Notes under the pieces: model-generated | What the model was told of the DNA's origin: nothing | Databases searched by the model: none | The model's input: the letters and a program-made list of their open reading frames with translations, nothing else | Program-made: the position numbers and the translations under genes | In this document: one piece after another, positions 9,466 through 16,623 of the stretch | How the letters are laid out: each line of letters begins with the position of its first letter | Numbering within the stretch: position 1 is the stretch's first letter | NCBI GenBank assembly: GCA_040755315.1 | Contig: JBFMBF010000024.1 | Coordinates: 1 to 18,219 of the forward strand | Source: Candidatus Hadarchaeota archaeon | GTDB lineage: Archaea; Hadarchaeota; Hadarchaeia; Hadarchaeales; Hadarchaeaceae | Length of the DNA: 18,219 nt | Reading direction: 5' to 3'

Positions 9466-10695
9466 ATGTCGGTGAGAATGCGCGGGTTTGAAAAATACAG
9501 CCCGCTGGGCGCCGCCCTGAAGCTGGTTCTTTCGCATGTCAGGCCGCTGCCCCCGGAGTCGGTCCCGTTCCAAAACACAGTGGGCAGGGTTCTGGCAGAG
9601 GATGTCGTTGCGGAGAGCGACTCCCCGCCGTTCAGAAGGTCGACCATGGACGGCTTCGCCGTTAGGGCCTCGGACACTTTCGGGGCCGGGCCGTCGACCC
9701 CAGTGGCGCTGAATGTTGTCGGCTCGGTCCGCAGCGGGTTCATGCCGAAGGCGAGCGTTGGGCGGAAGGAGGCCTTGAAAATAATGACGGGGGCGCCCGT
9801 GCCGAAGGGGGCGGATGCAGTTGTGATGGTCGAGCACACGAAGCTTCAGGGGCGGAGGCTGGAGGTTCTTCTGCCAGTGACGCCCGGCAAAAACACATCC
9901 GAGAGGGGCGAGGACATAAAGGCCGGCGAAGTTGTTTTGAAAAAGGGGCATGTGATTCACCCGCAGGATGTCGGGATGTTCGCCCAGATGCAGAACCTCG
10001 GCGTCAGGGTTTTCAGGAGGCCCAAGGTCGCGGTCGCCACCACAGGGGAGGAGCTTGTGGCGCCGGGAAGGAAGCTGCCTCCGGCGAAGATAGTTGACTC
10101 CAACTCATACTCCTTGGCCGCCGCAGTCACAGCCGCCGGAGGGGTTCCGCAGGTTCTTGGCATAGCCCCGGACGACAGGCAGTCTATAAAAAAATTGATC
10201 CAGCGCTCTTTGGGCCACGACATGGTTCTTCTTTCTGGAGGCAGTTCTGTGGGGGAGTTTGACCTCGTGCCGGAAATCATTTCCGAGATGGGCAAAATGG
10301 TTTTTCACGGCGTCTCCATCAGGCCCGGGGGCCCGACGGCTTTCGGGGTGATCAAAAAGAAGCCAGTCTTCTGTCTGGCGGGGTTCCCGGTAGCCACCCT
10401 AGTTGCATTCCATCTCCTGGTCCGCCCTGCACTCTTGGCGATGCAGGAGCTCCCGCCGGACCACGGCCGCAGGGCAGTGACGGCGAGGCTGACGAAGGAT
10501 GTGAGCGGGACCCTCGGGCGCATGGATGTCGTCAGGGTGAGGGTGAGGAAGGCGCGCGAGTGGCTTGCGGAGCCATTGATGGTAGGCGGCTCCAGCCTGC
10601 TGAGCTCCATGACGGGCGCGGACGGGTTCATCACGGTGCCGGAGGACATCGAGGGGCTGAACAAGGGGCAGAAGGTCGAAGTCGAACTGTATTGA
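9466..10695 (+). CDS. moeA: Molybdopterin molybdotransferase MoeA (Mo/W cofactor biosynthesis)
   Basis: GRVLAEDV, PPFRRSTMDGFAV, IMTGAP.P.GADAVVMVE, TGEEL, DSNS, SGGSSVG..D, RPGGP. Start at ATG 9466 or 9478. Confidence 0.95.
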   Translation: MSVRMRGFEKYSPLGAALKLVLSHVRPLPPESVPFQNTVGRVLAEDVVAESDSPPFRRSTMDGFAVRASDTFGAGPSTPVALNVVGSVRSGFMPKASVGRKEALKIMTGAPVPKGADAVVMVEHTKLQGRRLEVLLPVTPGKNTSERGEDIKAGEVVLKKGHVIHPQDVGMFAQMQNLGVRVFRRPKVAVATTGEELVAPGRKLPPAKIVDSNSYSLAAAVTAAGGVPQVLGIAPDDRQSIKKLIQRSLGHDMVLLSGGSSVGEFDLVPEIISEMGKMVFHGVSIRPGGPTAFGVIKKKPVFCLAGFPVATLVAFHLLVRPALLAMQELPPDHGRRAVTARLTKDVSGTLGRMDVVRVRVRKAREWLAEPLMVGGSSLLSSMTGADGFITVPEDIEGLNKGQKVEVELY

Positions 10696-10766
10696 TCAAG
10701 AAAATCCGAAAACTTTCAGAATAATTTTAAATCCAATTTCTGAGGCAAGGTCACACCAACGGAGCG

Positions 10767-10906
10767 TGGCGCGGGCCCGCCGGGATTTGAACCAAGGTTT
10801 CCTCCTCAACCACCAGTCGGAGGTTAGCGGGGAGGTAGTCTATCCAGTTGCCCTACGGGGCATTCTTTTTCACTTGGTTCAGTGTGCACCATTTTTCCCG
10901 CCGAAC
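10767..10906 (-). ncRNA. Putative structured non-coding RNA ending in a tRNA-like 3' end
   Basis: Nested complementary segments: 10896-10906/10775-10785, perfect 9-bp 10873-10881/10788-10796, hairpin 10849-10862, CCTCC/GGAGG stem 10831-10835/10801-10805. TTTAAATA on the minus strand at 10930-10923. Confidence 0.5.
10772..10793 (-). pseudogene. tRNA 3' fragment (T-loop plus acceptor 3' strand, tRNA-Arg-like)
   Basis: Minus strand GGTTCAAATCCCGGCGGGCCCG has the form of an archaeal tRNA-Arg 3' end. The upstream sequence does not give a properly paired cloverleaf. Confidence 0.6.
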
Positions 10907-11012
10907 ATTTGGGTGGACGGAGTATTTAAACGAGAAAAATGGCCGCGCCGAAACAAACGCCTCCCGCAACCCTCATAACCCCACTTTACATCATTTTTTC
11001 GGGGTTGAAACA

Positions 11013-12581
11013 TTGAATGTCCACGCGATCGTCGAGGGGCTCAACATAAACGACAAGAAGGTGCTGGTGTCCCTCCAGCAGCTGGAAGGCAAGGCAGATG
11101 TGGAAAAAATAGCCAGGCAGGCAGACATGGACCAAGCCGCCGTCATGCGCGGCGCCCTTTACCTGAGCGAGCGCGGGATGGTGAAGATAATTGAGGAAAG
11201 ATCGTTCACAGCCAGCCTGACTCCAGAAGGGTGGGAATACGCGGAGGAAGGGCTGCCGGAGCGCAGGATGCTTATGGCCCTGGCCAGTTGTGGGTCAGAG
11301 GTGATTGATGAGGTCGCCGCCCGGGCAGGCCTGAGCGAGCAGCAGAAGCAGATAGCTCTGGCTTGGCTCAAGCGCAGGGGATGGGCGGAGTTCGTGAAAA
11401 GGGACGAAAGAACCGCGCTACAGATGACTGAAAGGGGCGCCGCGGCGCTTTCTACGGACGAGGCCGACGAGGAGCTTCTCGAGCGGCTGGCCTCACGGGA
11501 GCTTGACGTCGGGAGTCTGGACAACGAGACAAGGGAGCGGCTCGACGTTCTTGTGGACAGGAAGCTGGCGAAAGTTGACGAGAGGGCCCGCCGCGAGCTT
11601 GAGATCACGGAGTTCGGCAGGCAGGCAGTTGAGGCGGGGCTTGAGATAGTTGGGGAGGTGAGCGGGCTCACGCACGAGCTCATCCAGAGCGGGAAGTGGA
11701 GGGAGGCGAAGCTGAAGCGCTACGATGTGCTCGCGCCCGTTGCCCCTGTTTATCCTGGAAAAATCCACCCCCAACAAAAAATAATCGATGAAATAAGGGA
11801 AATCCTCCTCGAGATGGGGTTCCTCGAGATAAAGAGCAGGATAGTCGACTCAGAGTTCTGGAACTTCGACGCCCTCTTCCAGGCGCAGGACCACCCCGCG
11901 AGGGAGATTCATGACAGCCTCTCGCTCTCAAGGCCGGAGAAGGCTAAACTCCCTCCTGAAAAACTGCTTAAAAAAGTTGCAGCTGCCCACGAGGGGGGAG
12001 TGGCCGGGTCAAGCGGATGGGGTTACAACTTCAACCCAGAGATCAGCCAGCGGCCTGTCCTTTGCTCGCAGACGACTGCCGCGACCGTCAGGTATCTCGC
12101 CTCAAAGCCCGAGCCCCCCGTGAAGGTCTTCTGCATCGACCGCGTCTACCGCCACGAGAAGATAGACTACAAGCACCTGGCGGAGTTCTACCAGTGCGAG
12201 GGGATAGTCATGAACGAGGGGCTGACGCTCCGCGACATGCTGGGCTACCTCAAGCAGGTCGTCACCAAGCTGGGGCTGCCGAAGATAAGGTTCAGGCCAG
12301 GGATGTTTCCGTTTACAGAACCATCGGTTGAAGCAGATGTTTATCACGAAGGCAGGAAAGAGTGGATTGAAATCTTGGGAGCTGGTTTGTTCAGGCCAGA
12401 GGTTCTACAACCACTAGGTATCCGTTATCCGGTGCTCGCGTGGGGGATTGGGCTTACTAGGCTAATAACAATACGACTGGAGTTGGATGATATAAGAAAC
12501 ATATTTTCCACCGACTTGAATTGGATTTCAAATTTTGTATTGTCAACTAAAAATAAAAATGAGGATGTAACATGCCGATAA
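11013..12581 (+). CDS. pheS: Phenylalanine--tRNA ligase alpha subunit (archaeal/eukaryote type)
   Basis: N-terminal wHTH-type region (LTPEG.EYAEEGLPE), FWNFDALFQAQDHPARE, motif 2 RVYRHE..D..HLAEFYQ, FPFTEPS, GAGLFRPE, AWGIG. TTG 11013 with GGGGTTGA upstream; the ORF-track extension to 10848 is not credible. Confidence 0.96.
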   Translation: MNVHAIVEGLNINDKKVLVSLQQLEGKADVEKIARQADMDQAAVMRGALYLSERGMVKIIEERSFTASLTPEGWEYAEEGLPERRMLMALASCGSEVIDEVAARAGLSEQQKQIALAWLKRRGWAEFVKRDERTALQMTERGAAALSTDEADEELLERLASRELDVGSLDNETRERLDVLVDRKLAKVDERARRELEITEFGRQAVEAGLEIVGEVSGLTHELIQSGKWREAKLKRYDVLAPVAPVYPGKIHPQQKIIDEIREILLEMGFLEIKSRIVDSEFWNFDALFQAQDHPAREIHDSLSLSRPEKAKLPPEKLLKKVAAAHEGGVAGSSGWGYNFNPEISQRPVLCSQTTAATVRYLASKPEPPVKVFCIDRVYRHEKIDYKHLAEFYQCEGIVMNEGLTLRDMLGYLKQVVTKLGLPKIRFRPGMFPFTEPSVEADVYHEGRKEWIEILGAGLFRPEVLQPLGIRYPVLAWGIGLTRLITIRLELDDIRNIFSTDLNWISNFVLSTKNKNEDVTCR

Positions 12582-14209
12582 TTACAGCAAGTTATCGCGA
12601 TCTCTGCAGGCTGCTCGGAAGGAAGATCGAGGTCGAGAAGCTTTGCGAGAGGCTTTCAATGGTGGGGATGGAGACAGAGGCCGAGGGATATTCTCTGAAG
12701 ATGGAGGTGTTCCACAACAGGCCCGACCTGCTCAGCCCAGAGGGGGTCGCGCGCGCCTTGAAGGGGTTCCTCGGGATTGAAACAGGGTTGCCGCGCTACA
12801 GACTCTCCGGGCCTCGCGTGGTCGTCGACGTGGATGCGAGCGTGGCCCAGGTGAGGCCGTTCATAGCGGCTGGAGTGGTCAGGGACGTCCAACTGACGGA
12901 CGACATCGTGGCGTCGCTGATGCAGATTCAGGAGAAGCTGCACGCCTCACTCTGCAGGAACAGGAGGAGGGCGTCCATTGGGGTCTACGACATGGACAAG
13001 GTCGCGCCACCGATAAAGTACACGACGGTAGCCCCTGACGGGATAAAGTTCACGCCGCTTGATTTCGGTCACGAGTGCACCCCAGCCCAGATCCTGATGG
13101 AGCACCCGAAGGGGCTGGAGTACTCCTGGCTCCTGAAAGACATGCCGCGCTACCCGCTTCTTGTGGACTCGAAAGGCGTCGTGCTCTCGATGCCGCCGAT
13201 AATCAACAGCGAGGACACCAGGGTCACGAGCGGGACCAAGAACCTCTTCATCGATGTCACGGGGCTTGACGAGAGGGCGGTGGAGCAGCCGCTGGCGATA
13301 TTGATGACCGCTTTGGCGGAGAGGGGGTTCAAGATTGAGCAAGTGGCTGTAAGGCGCAGAAAGGCCATCACAAAAACCCCAGACTTGAACCCTCGAAAGC
13401 ACAAGCTCAGCATCAGGCAAGCGAACCGGACGATAGGGCTCAACCTCGCGTCGAAGGAGATTGCGAGGGTGGCCAAGCGCATGCGTTATGGAGTTGGAGG
13501 AGCCAAGGGCGATTCCGTTACTCTCCTCGCGCCGCCGTACAGGACTGACATCATGCACGAGATTGACTTGATTGAGGACATCGCGGTGGGTTACGGCTAC
13601 GACAGACTTGAGCCGACATACCCAAAGGTCCTGACGATAGGGGAGAAGGCGGAGGTTGAGAAGACAAGCAGCGAGGCGAGGCAGGTTCTCACTGGACTCG
13701 GGTTCACGGAGGTCATGAATTACATCTTGACCAACCCCCGCAGCGAGATGGAGCTCATGAAGGTCAAGGAGGAGGTGGCGGAGATAGCCAACCCCGTTTC
13801 GGAGGAGTACACGATTTTGCGCGCCTCGCTGATTCCATCCCTGCTTGGCAGCCTGCATCAGAACAGGCGCAACCCTCTCCCGCAGAGAATTTTCGAGGTC
13901 GGCGACGTGGTTGTACTTGACCCATCTGCTGAAACAGGTGCCGCAAACGTCAGGCGTGCGGCAGGCGCAATAATCGGTGGGGGGGCGGGCTTCACAGAGA
14001 TCAAGGGAATTGCAGAGGCTCTTCTCAGGGAACTTGGCGTGAAATGTGATGTCAAGGCGGCATGGAGCGCGAGCTTCCTAGACGGCCGGGCGGTTGAGTT
14101 TTATTCCGAAGGCAAAAAAATCGGCGTTGCCGGGGAAATTCATCCAGAGGTTCTTGTCGAGTTCGAGCTTGAGCACCCGGCCGCGGTTTTTGAGGTGGAT
14201 CTGGAGTAA
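12572..14209 (+). CDS. pheT: Phenylalanine--tRNA ligase beta subunit (archaeal type)
   Basis: MPII..., NRPDLLS.EG.AR, QEKLH...RNRR..SIG.YD, LSMPPIINS, RTDIMHEIDLIEDIAVGYGY, NPVSEEY..LR.SL.P, FEVGDVV, GEIHPEVL..FEL. Overlaps pheS by 10 nt. Confidence 0.97.
   Translation: MPIITASYRDLCRLLGRKIEVEKLCERLSMVGMETEAEGYSLKMEVFHNRPDLLSPEGVARALKGFLGIETGLPRYRLSGPRVVVDVDASVAQVRPFIAAGVVRDVQLTDDIVASLMQIQEKLHASLCRNRRRASIGVYDMDKVAPPIKYTTVAPDGIKFTPLDFGHECTPAQILMEHPKGLEYSWLLKDMPRYPLLVDSKGVVLSMPPIINSEDTRVTSGTKNLFIDVTGLDERAVEQPLAILMTALAERGFKIEQVAVRRRKAITKTPDLNPRKHKLSIRQANRTIGLNLASKEIARVAKRMRYGVGGAKGDSVTLLAPPYRTDIMHEIDLIEDIAVGYGYDRLEPTYPKVLTIGEKAEVEKTSSEARQVLTGLGFTEVMNYILTNPRSEMELMKVKEEVAEIANPVSEEYTILRASLIPSLLGSLHQNRRNPLPQRIFEVGDVVVLDPSAETGAANVRRAAGAIIGGGAGFTEIKGIAEALLRELGVKCDVKAAWSASFLDGRAVEFYSEGKKIGVAGEIHPEVLVEFELEHPAAVFEVDLE
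14132..14209 (+). repeat. pheT 3'-end repeat, copy 1 (the functional gene end)
   Basis: Encodes GEIHPEVLVEFELEHPAAVFEVDLE*. 14163-14196 is identical to 16577-16610. Confidence 0.95.
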
Positions 14210-14225
14210 AAAAAGCCCGTTTTTT
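14208..14225 (+). terminator. Putative oligo-T terminator after pheT
   Basis: An A-run, GCCCG, then TTTTTT immediately after the stop; oligo-T is present on both strands. Confidence 0.4.
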
Positions 14226-14272
14226 GTCAATTGCCAATGCTAATGACAAACTTTAAATAAAAGCTTGTCAAT
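14223..14272 (+). promoter_or_regulatory. TATA box flanked by TTGTCA/TGACAA half-sites upstream of the ATPase
   Basis: TTTGTCA 14223-14229, TGACAAA 14244-14250, TTTAAATA 14252-14259, TTGTCAAT 14265-14272. Confidence 0.55.
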
Positions 14273-14287
14273 AAAAAACTGATACTT

Positions 14288-15592
14288 GTGAACGTTGAGG
14301 ACATAAAAAGGGTCGTGCTGGACCAAAGGGAAGAGCTTGAGGAGATTTTCCGGAGGGAAAAGATAGTCGACAGGACCGTGCCAACGGAAAAACTGCTGAA
14401 GGCTCTGGCACATCCAAACATCCTTGCTATCTTGGGCGTCAGGAGATGCGGCAAGTCCGTATTGTCGCACCTTCTTCTGAAAGGAAAACGGTACGGATAT
14501 GTAAACTTTGACGATGAGAGGCTTGCCAATATGGCAACAGAAGATCTGGACCGAGTTCTGCAGGCATTCTACGAGATTGAAAAGGACTTGGACTACCTCG
14601 TCTTGGACGAAATCCAAGATGTGCCGAAGTGGGAGCTTTTTGCCAACAGGCTGAGGAGGACGAAAAAGGTTGTCATAACGGGGAGCAATGCCAAACTGCT
14701 ATCGGGAGAACTGGCGACGCACCTCACGGGCAGGTACTTGGACTTCATCCTCTACCCGTTCTCGTTCGAGGAGTTCCTGCGCGTGAAGGGGGGCGAGGTC
14801 GGCCGCGATGCCACATACTCTACTAAAAAAACAGCCGAGATAAAGAGCGCCCTCCGTGACTACATGCACACCGGAGGCTTCCCAGAAGCATGCAAGTTTG
14901 GGAAGGGTGCCATAAACAAAGTTTACGAGGACATCATCACAAAAGACATACTGCTCAGGCACGGTGTTAGAAAAGAGAGGGATTTCAAAGATTTGGCGAG
15001 GTACCTGATCTCAAACTTCTCAAAAGAGGTTACTTTTTCGAAGTTGAAAAACCTGTTTGGGATAAGGAACGTCCACACGGCGAAAAATTACGTGGATTAC
15101 CTGGTCACCTCATACTTGGTCTTCACGGTGGAGCGATTCTCTTTCAAGTTGAAGCGGCAGATGATAGCACCGAAGAAGGTTTACTGCGTTGACATCGGAA
15201 TTTTGGACGTGATGGCCTCGCGGTTCTCGGAAGACACAGGCAAATTGATGGAGAACTTGGTTTTTTTGGAGTTGCTGAGGAAGAAATCGTTCATAGAAAA
15301 ACCGCGCGAAATTTTCTACTGGAAGGACCACCAGCAGCGGGAGGTTGACTTTGTAGTTAAAGATGGGATGAATGTGAAACAATTGATTCAGGTGGCATAC
15401 GCTTCCGGCAGGGACGAGATAGAAAAAAGGGAAATGGACGCCCTTGTGAAAGCCAGCGATGAACTGAGGTGTAATGGCTTGTTGGTGGTAACTTGGGATT
15501 ACGGCGGAGAATTGAAGCTCAAAAACAAAAAAATAACATGCATGCCATTGTGGAAATGGTTGCTGGGGGATGGGTGGGGAGGTCCATCCTGA
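14288..15592 (+). CDS. AAA+ ATPase with C-terminal DUF4143 / PD-(D/E)xK-like domain (COG1373-like)
   Basis: Walker A GVRRCGKS, YVNFDDERL, Walker B LDEIQ, ITGSN..LL..E.AT.LTGR, PFSF.EF, GGFPE, KKVY.VD.G, MENLV, FYWKD....EVDFV, PLWKWL. Confidence 0.92.
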   Translation: MNVEDIKRVVLDQREELEEIFRREKIVDRTVPTEKLLKALAHPNILAILGVRRCGKSVLSHLLLKGKRYGYVNFDDERLANMATEDLDRVLQAFYEIEKDLDYLVLDEIQDVPKWELFANRLRRTKKVVITGSNAKLLSGELATHLTGRYLDFILYPFSFEEFLRVKGGEVGRDATYSTKKTAEIKSALRDYMHTGGFPEACKFGKGAINKVYEDIITKDILLRHGVRKERDFKDLARYLISNFSKEVTFSKLKNLFGIRNVHTAKNYVDYLVTSYLVFTVERFSFKLKRQMIAPKKVYCVDIGILDVMASRFSEDTGKLMENLVFLELLRKKSFIEKPREIFYWKDHQQREVDFVVKDGMNVKQLIQVAYASGRDEIEKREMDALVKASDELRCNGLLVVTWDYGGELKLKNKKITCMPLWKWLLGDGWGGPS

Positions 15593-15647
15593 GGTGCTCG
15601 TCGGGTTCGAGCTTGAGCACTTGGCCGCTGTTTTCGAGCTACCTTGA
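15576..15647 (+). repeat. pheT 3'-end repeat, copy 2 (diverged)
   Basis: Translates as GEVHPEVLVGFELEHLAAVFELP*. 52/63 nt identical to 14132-14194; six of the nine changed codons are synonymous. Confidence 0.93.
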
Positions 15648-15735
15648 TGGGGAGAAGATGGAGCTGGTGCAGTTCGGGCCGGACGCTGGGTTCGGGGAGT
15701 GGAACTCGCTGGGGTTCGGGTTTATGAACAGGGTC
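15640..15735 (+). pseudogene. cas6: cas6 3'-terminal remnant
   Basis: Translates as YLDGEKMELVQFGPDAGFGEWNSLGFGFMNRV, containing the Cas6 glycine-rich loop GhGxxxxxGhG (15688-15720). The rest of the gene is absent. Confidence 0.75.
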
Positions 15736-15803
15736 GGGAGGGCCTGGGCAGAGTATGTTCCGAAAGTTTATTTTAGTTCATGCCGAATATAGGCCGTGGA
15801 AAG

Positions 15804-16001
15804 ATGGCAGCACGAAATTCTGATGTCGGGCGAAAGGCGCTCGAGGAGTTCAGGAAAAAGGTGAGGGAGGTCAGGGCGGCGGAGTGGAGGCGGGACGCTC
15901 GCCTTCTCAGAGACAGGACTCCAGAGGAAACCATAAGTGCGATGTTTGACTTGGTGAACTTTGCTGAAAACTTAAGCAGGGCGAAAAAATGCGAACCCTA
16001 G
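15804..16001 (+). CDS. Small charged helical protein, probable antitoxin partner of the downstream nucleotidyltransferase
   Basis: About 65 aa from ATG 15804, with LLRDRTPEETISAMFDL. TTTATTTT TATA-like run at about 15767. Overlaps the next gene by 13 nt. Confidence 0.6.
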   Translation: MAARNSDVGRKALEEFRKKVREVRAAEWRRDARLLRDRTPEETISAMFDLVNFAENLSRAKKCEP

Positions 16002-16567
16002 AGGACGTTACAAAAGAAGTCGCTAAAATCTTGGGGGCGCTTGGCATAGAATATGCCATTGTCGGGGGGGTGGCAGTTGCCGGTTGGGGGAACCTCAGGA
16101 CAACGAGGGACGTTGATGTCGTCATAGACCTCCAAAGCGACAGGGTGAAGGAGTTCGTCCGCGCTTTCAAGAAAAGGGGATTTTCCATTGGCGAGCAAGA
16201 TGTTTTGGATGCATTGAAAGAAAAGGGCCACTTCACGATTTTTGATAATCGCTCGGTGTACCACGTCGATGCCAAGGGTGCATACGGGGGAAGGGAGCTT
16301 AAAACAATCGAGACGAGGAAAAAGACGAGGATAAAGGGGTCCGATGCGTACATCGCGTCCGCCGAGGACACCATCGCAAACAAGCTGGTGTTTGGCAGCG
16401 AGCAGGACCTGAGGGACGCGGAGGGGATCTTCATAAGGCAGGCGGGGAGGCTTGATTTGAAGTACTTGGAGAGGATTTGTAAGGCGATGGGCGTGGGGAA
16501 GGAACTTGCGGGGCTGAAAAGGGCGGCCAGGGGGGCATCAGGAAGTCGGGGTCGTCGGCGCTTCTGA
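15989..16567 (+). CDS. Pol-beta superfamily nucleotidyltransferase (DUF6036/AbiEii/MenT-like), putative toxin
   Basis: YAIVGGVAV...G..RTTRDVDVV (GG...R.T.DhD) and C-terminal EDTIANKL...SEQDLRDA motifs. Confidence 0.8.
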   Translation: MRTLEDVTKEVAKILGALGIEYAIVGGVAVAGWGNLRTTRDVDVVIDLQSDRVKEFVRAFKKRGFSIGEQDVLDALKEKGHFTIFDNRSVYHVDAKGAYGGRELKTIETRKKTRIKGSDAYIASAEDTIANKLVFGSEQDLRDAEGIFIRQAGRLDLKYLERICKAMGVGKELAGLKRAARGASGSRGRRRF

Positions 16568-16623
16568 GGTTCTGGCTCGAGCTTGAGCACCCGGCCGCGG
16601 TTTTTGAGGTTGGGCTGGGGTAA
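16542..16623 (+). repeat. pheT 3'-end repeat, copy 3
   Basis: 34-nt perfect match (16577-16610) to 14163-14196, ending ELEHPAAVFEVGLG*. The upstream part reads EVGVVG..SEVL (cf. KIGVAGEIHPEVL) with small deletions. Confidence 0.95.

Noticed and set aside
8661..9839. 392-aa minus-strand ORF and other long overlapping ORFs (e.g. 12947..13858, 6726..7514, 15907..16635)
   Set aside because: Shadow or alternate frames of well-supported genes in GC-rich DNA, with no recognisable motifs.
10753..10765. Minus-strand GCTCCGTTGGTGT resembling a tRNA-Glu 5' end (permuted or split tRNA idea)
   Set aside because: Only 13 nt, no D-arm follows, and it cannot pair with the Arg-like 3' acceptor strand.
10772..10862. 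Intact tRNA gene with an intron
   Set aside because: The acceptor, D and T stems contain mismatches and position 33 is not U; kept only as a fragment or pseudo-tRNA.
10800..10870. Moco/W-cofactor or c-di-AMP riboswitch, RNase P or hammerhead identity for the structured element
   Set aside because: Only isolated short words match (GCTAACCTC, GAGGAAAC). The other required conserved segments are missing, and the element is downstream of and antisense to moeA.
10766..11012. ORF 10766..10978 and the upstream extension of pheS to 10848
   Set aside because: No protein motifs. The region is better explained by the structured element and promoter, and pheS has a TTG start with an RBS at 11013.
15672..15720. 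GTTCGGG short repeats as a mini-array
   Set aside because: Explained by Phe-Gly codons of the Cas6 glycine-rich loop.
15493..15792. 99-aa ORF as a real gene
   Set aside because: A chimeric frame crossing the ATPase end, the pheT scar and the cas6 remnant.
14163..16610. 34-nt repeat as a CRISPR repeat
   Set aside because: The copies are about 1-1.4 kb apart and are pheT coding sequence; there is no repeat-spacer periodicity in the window.
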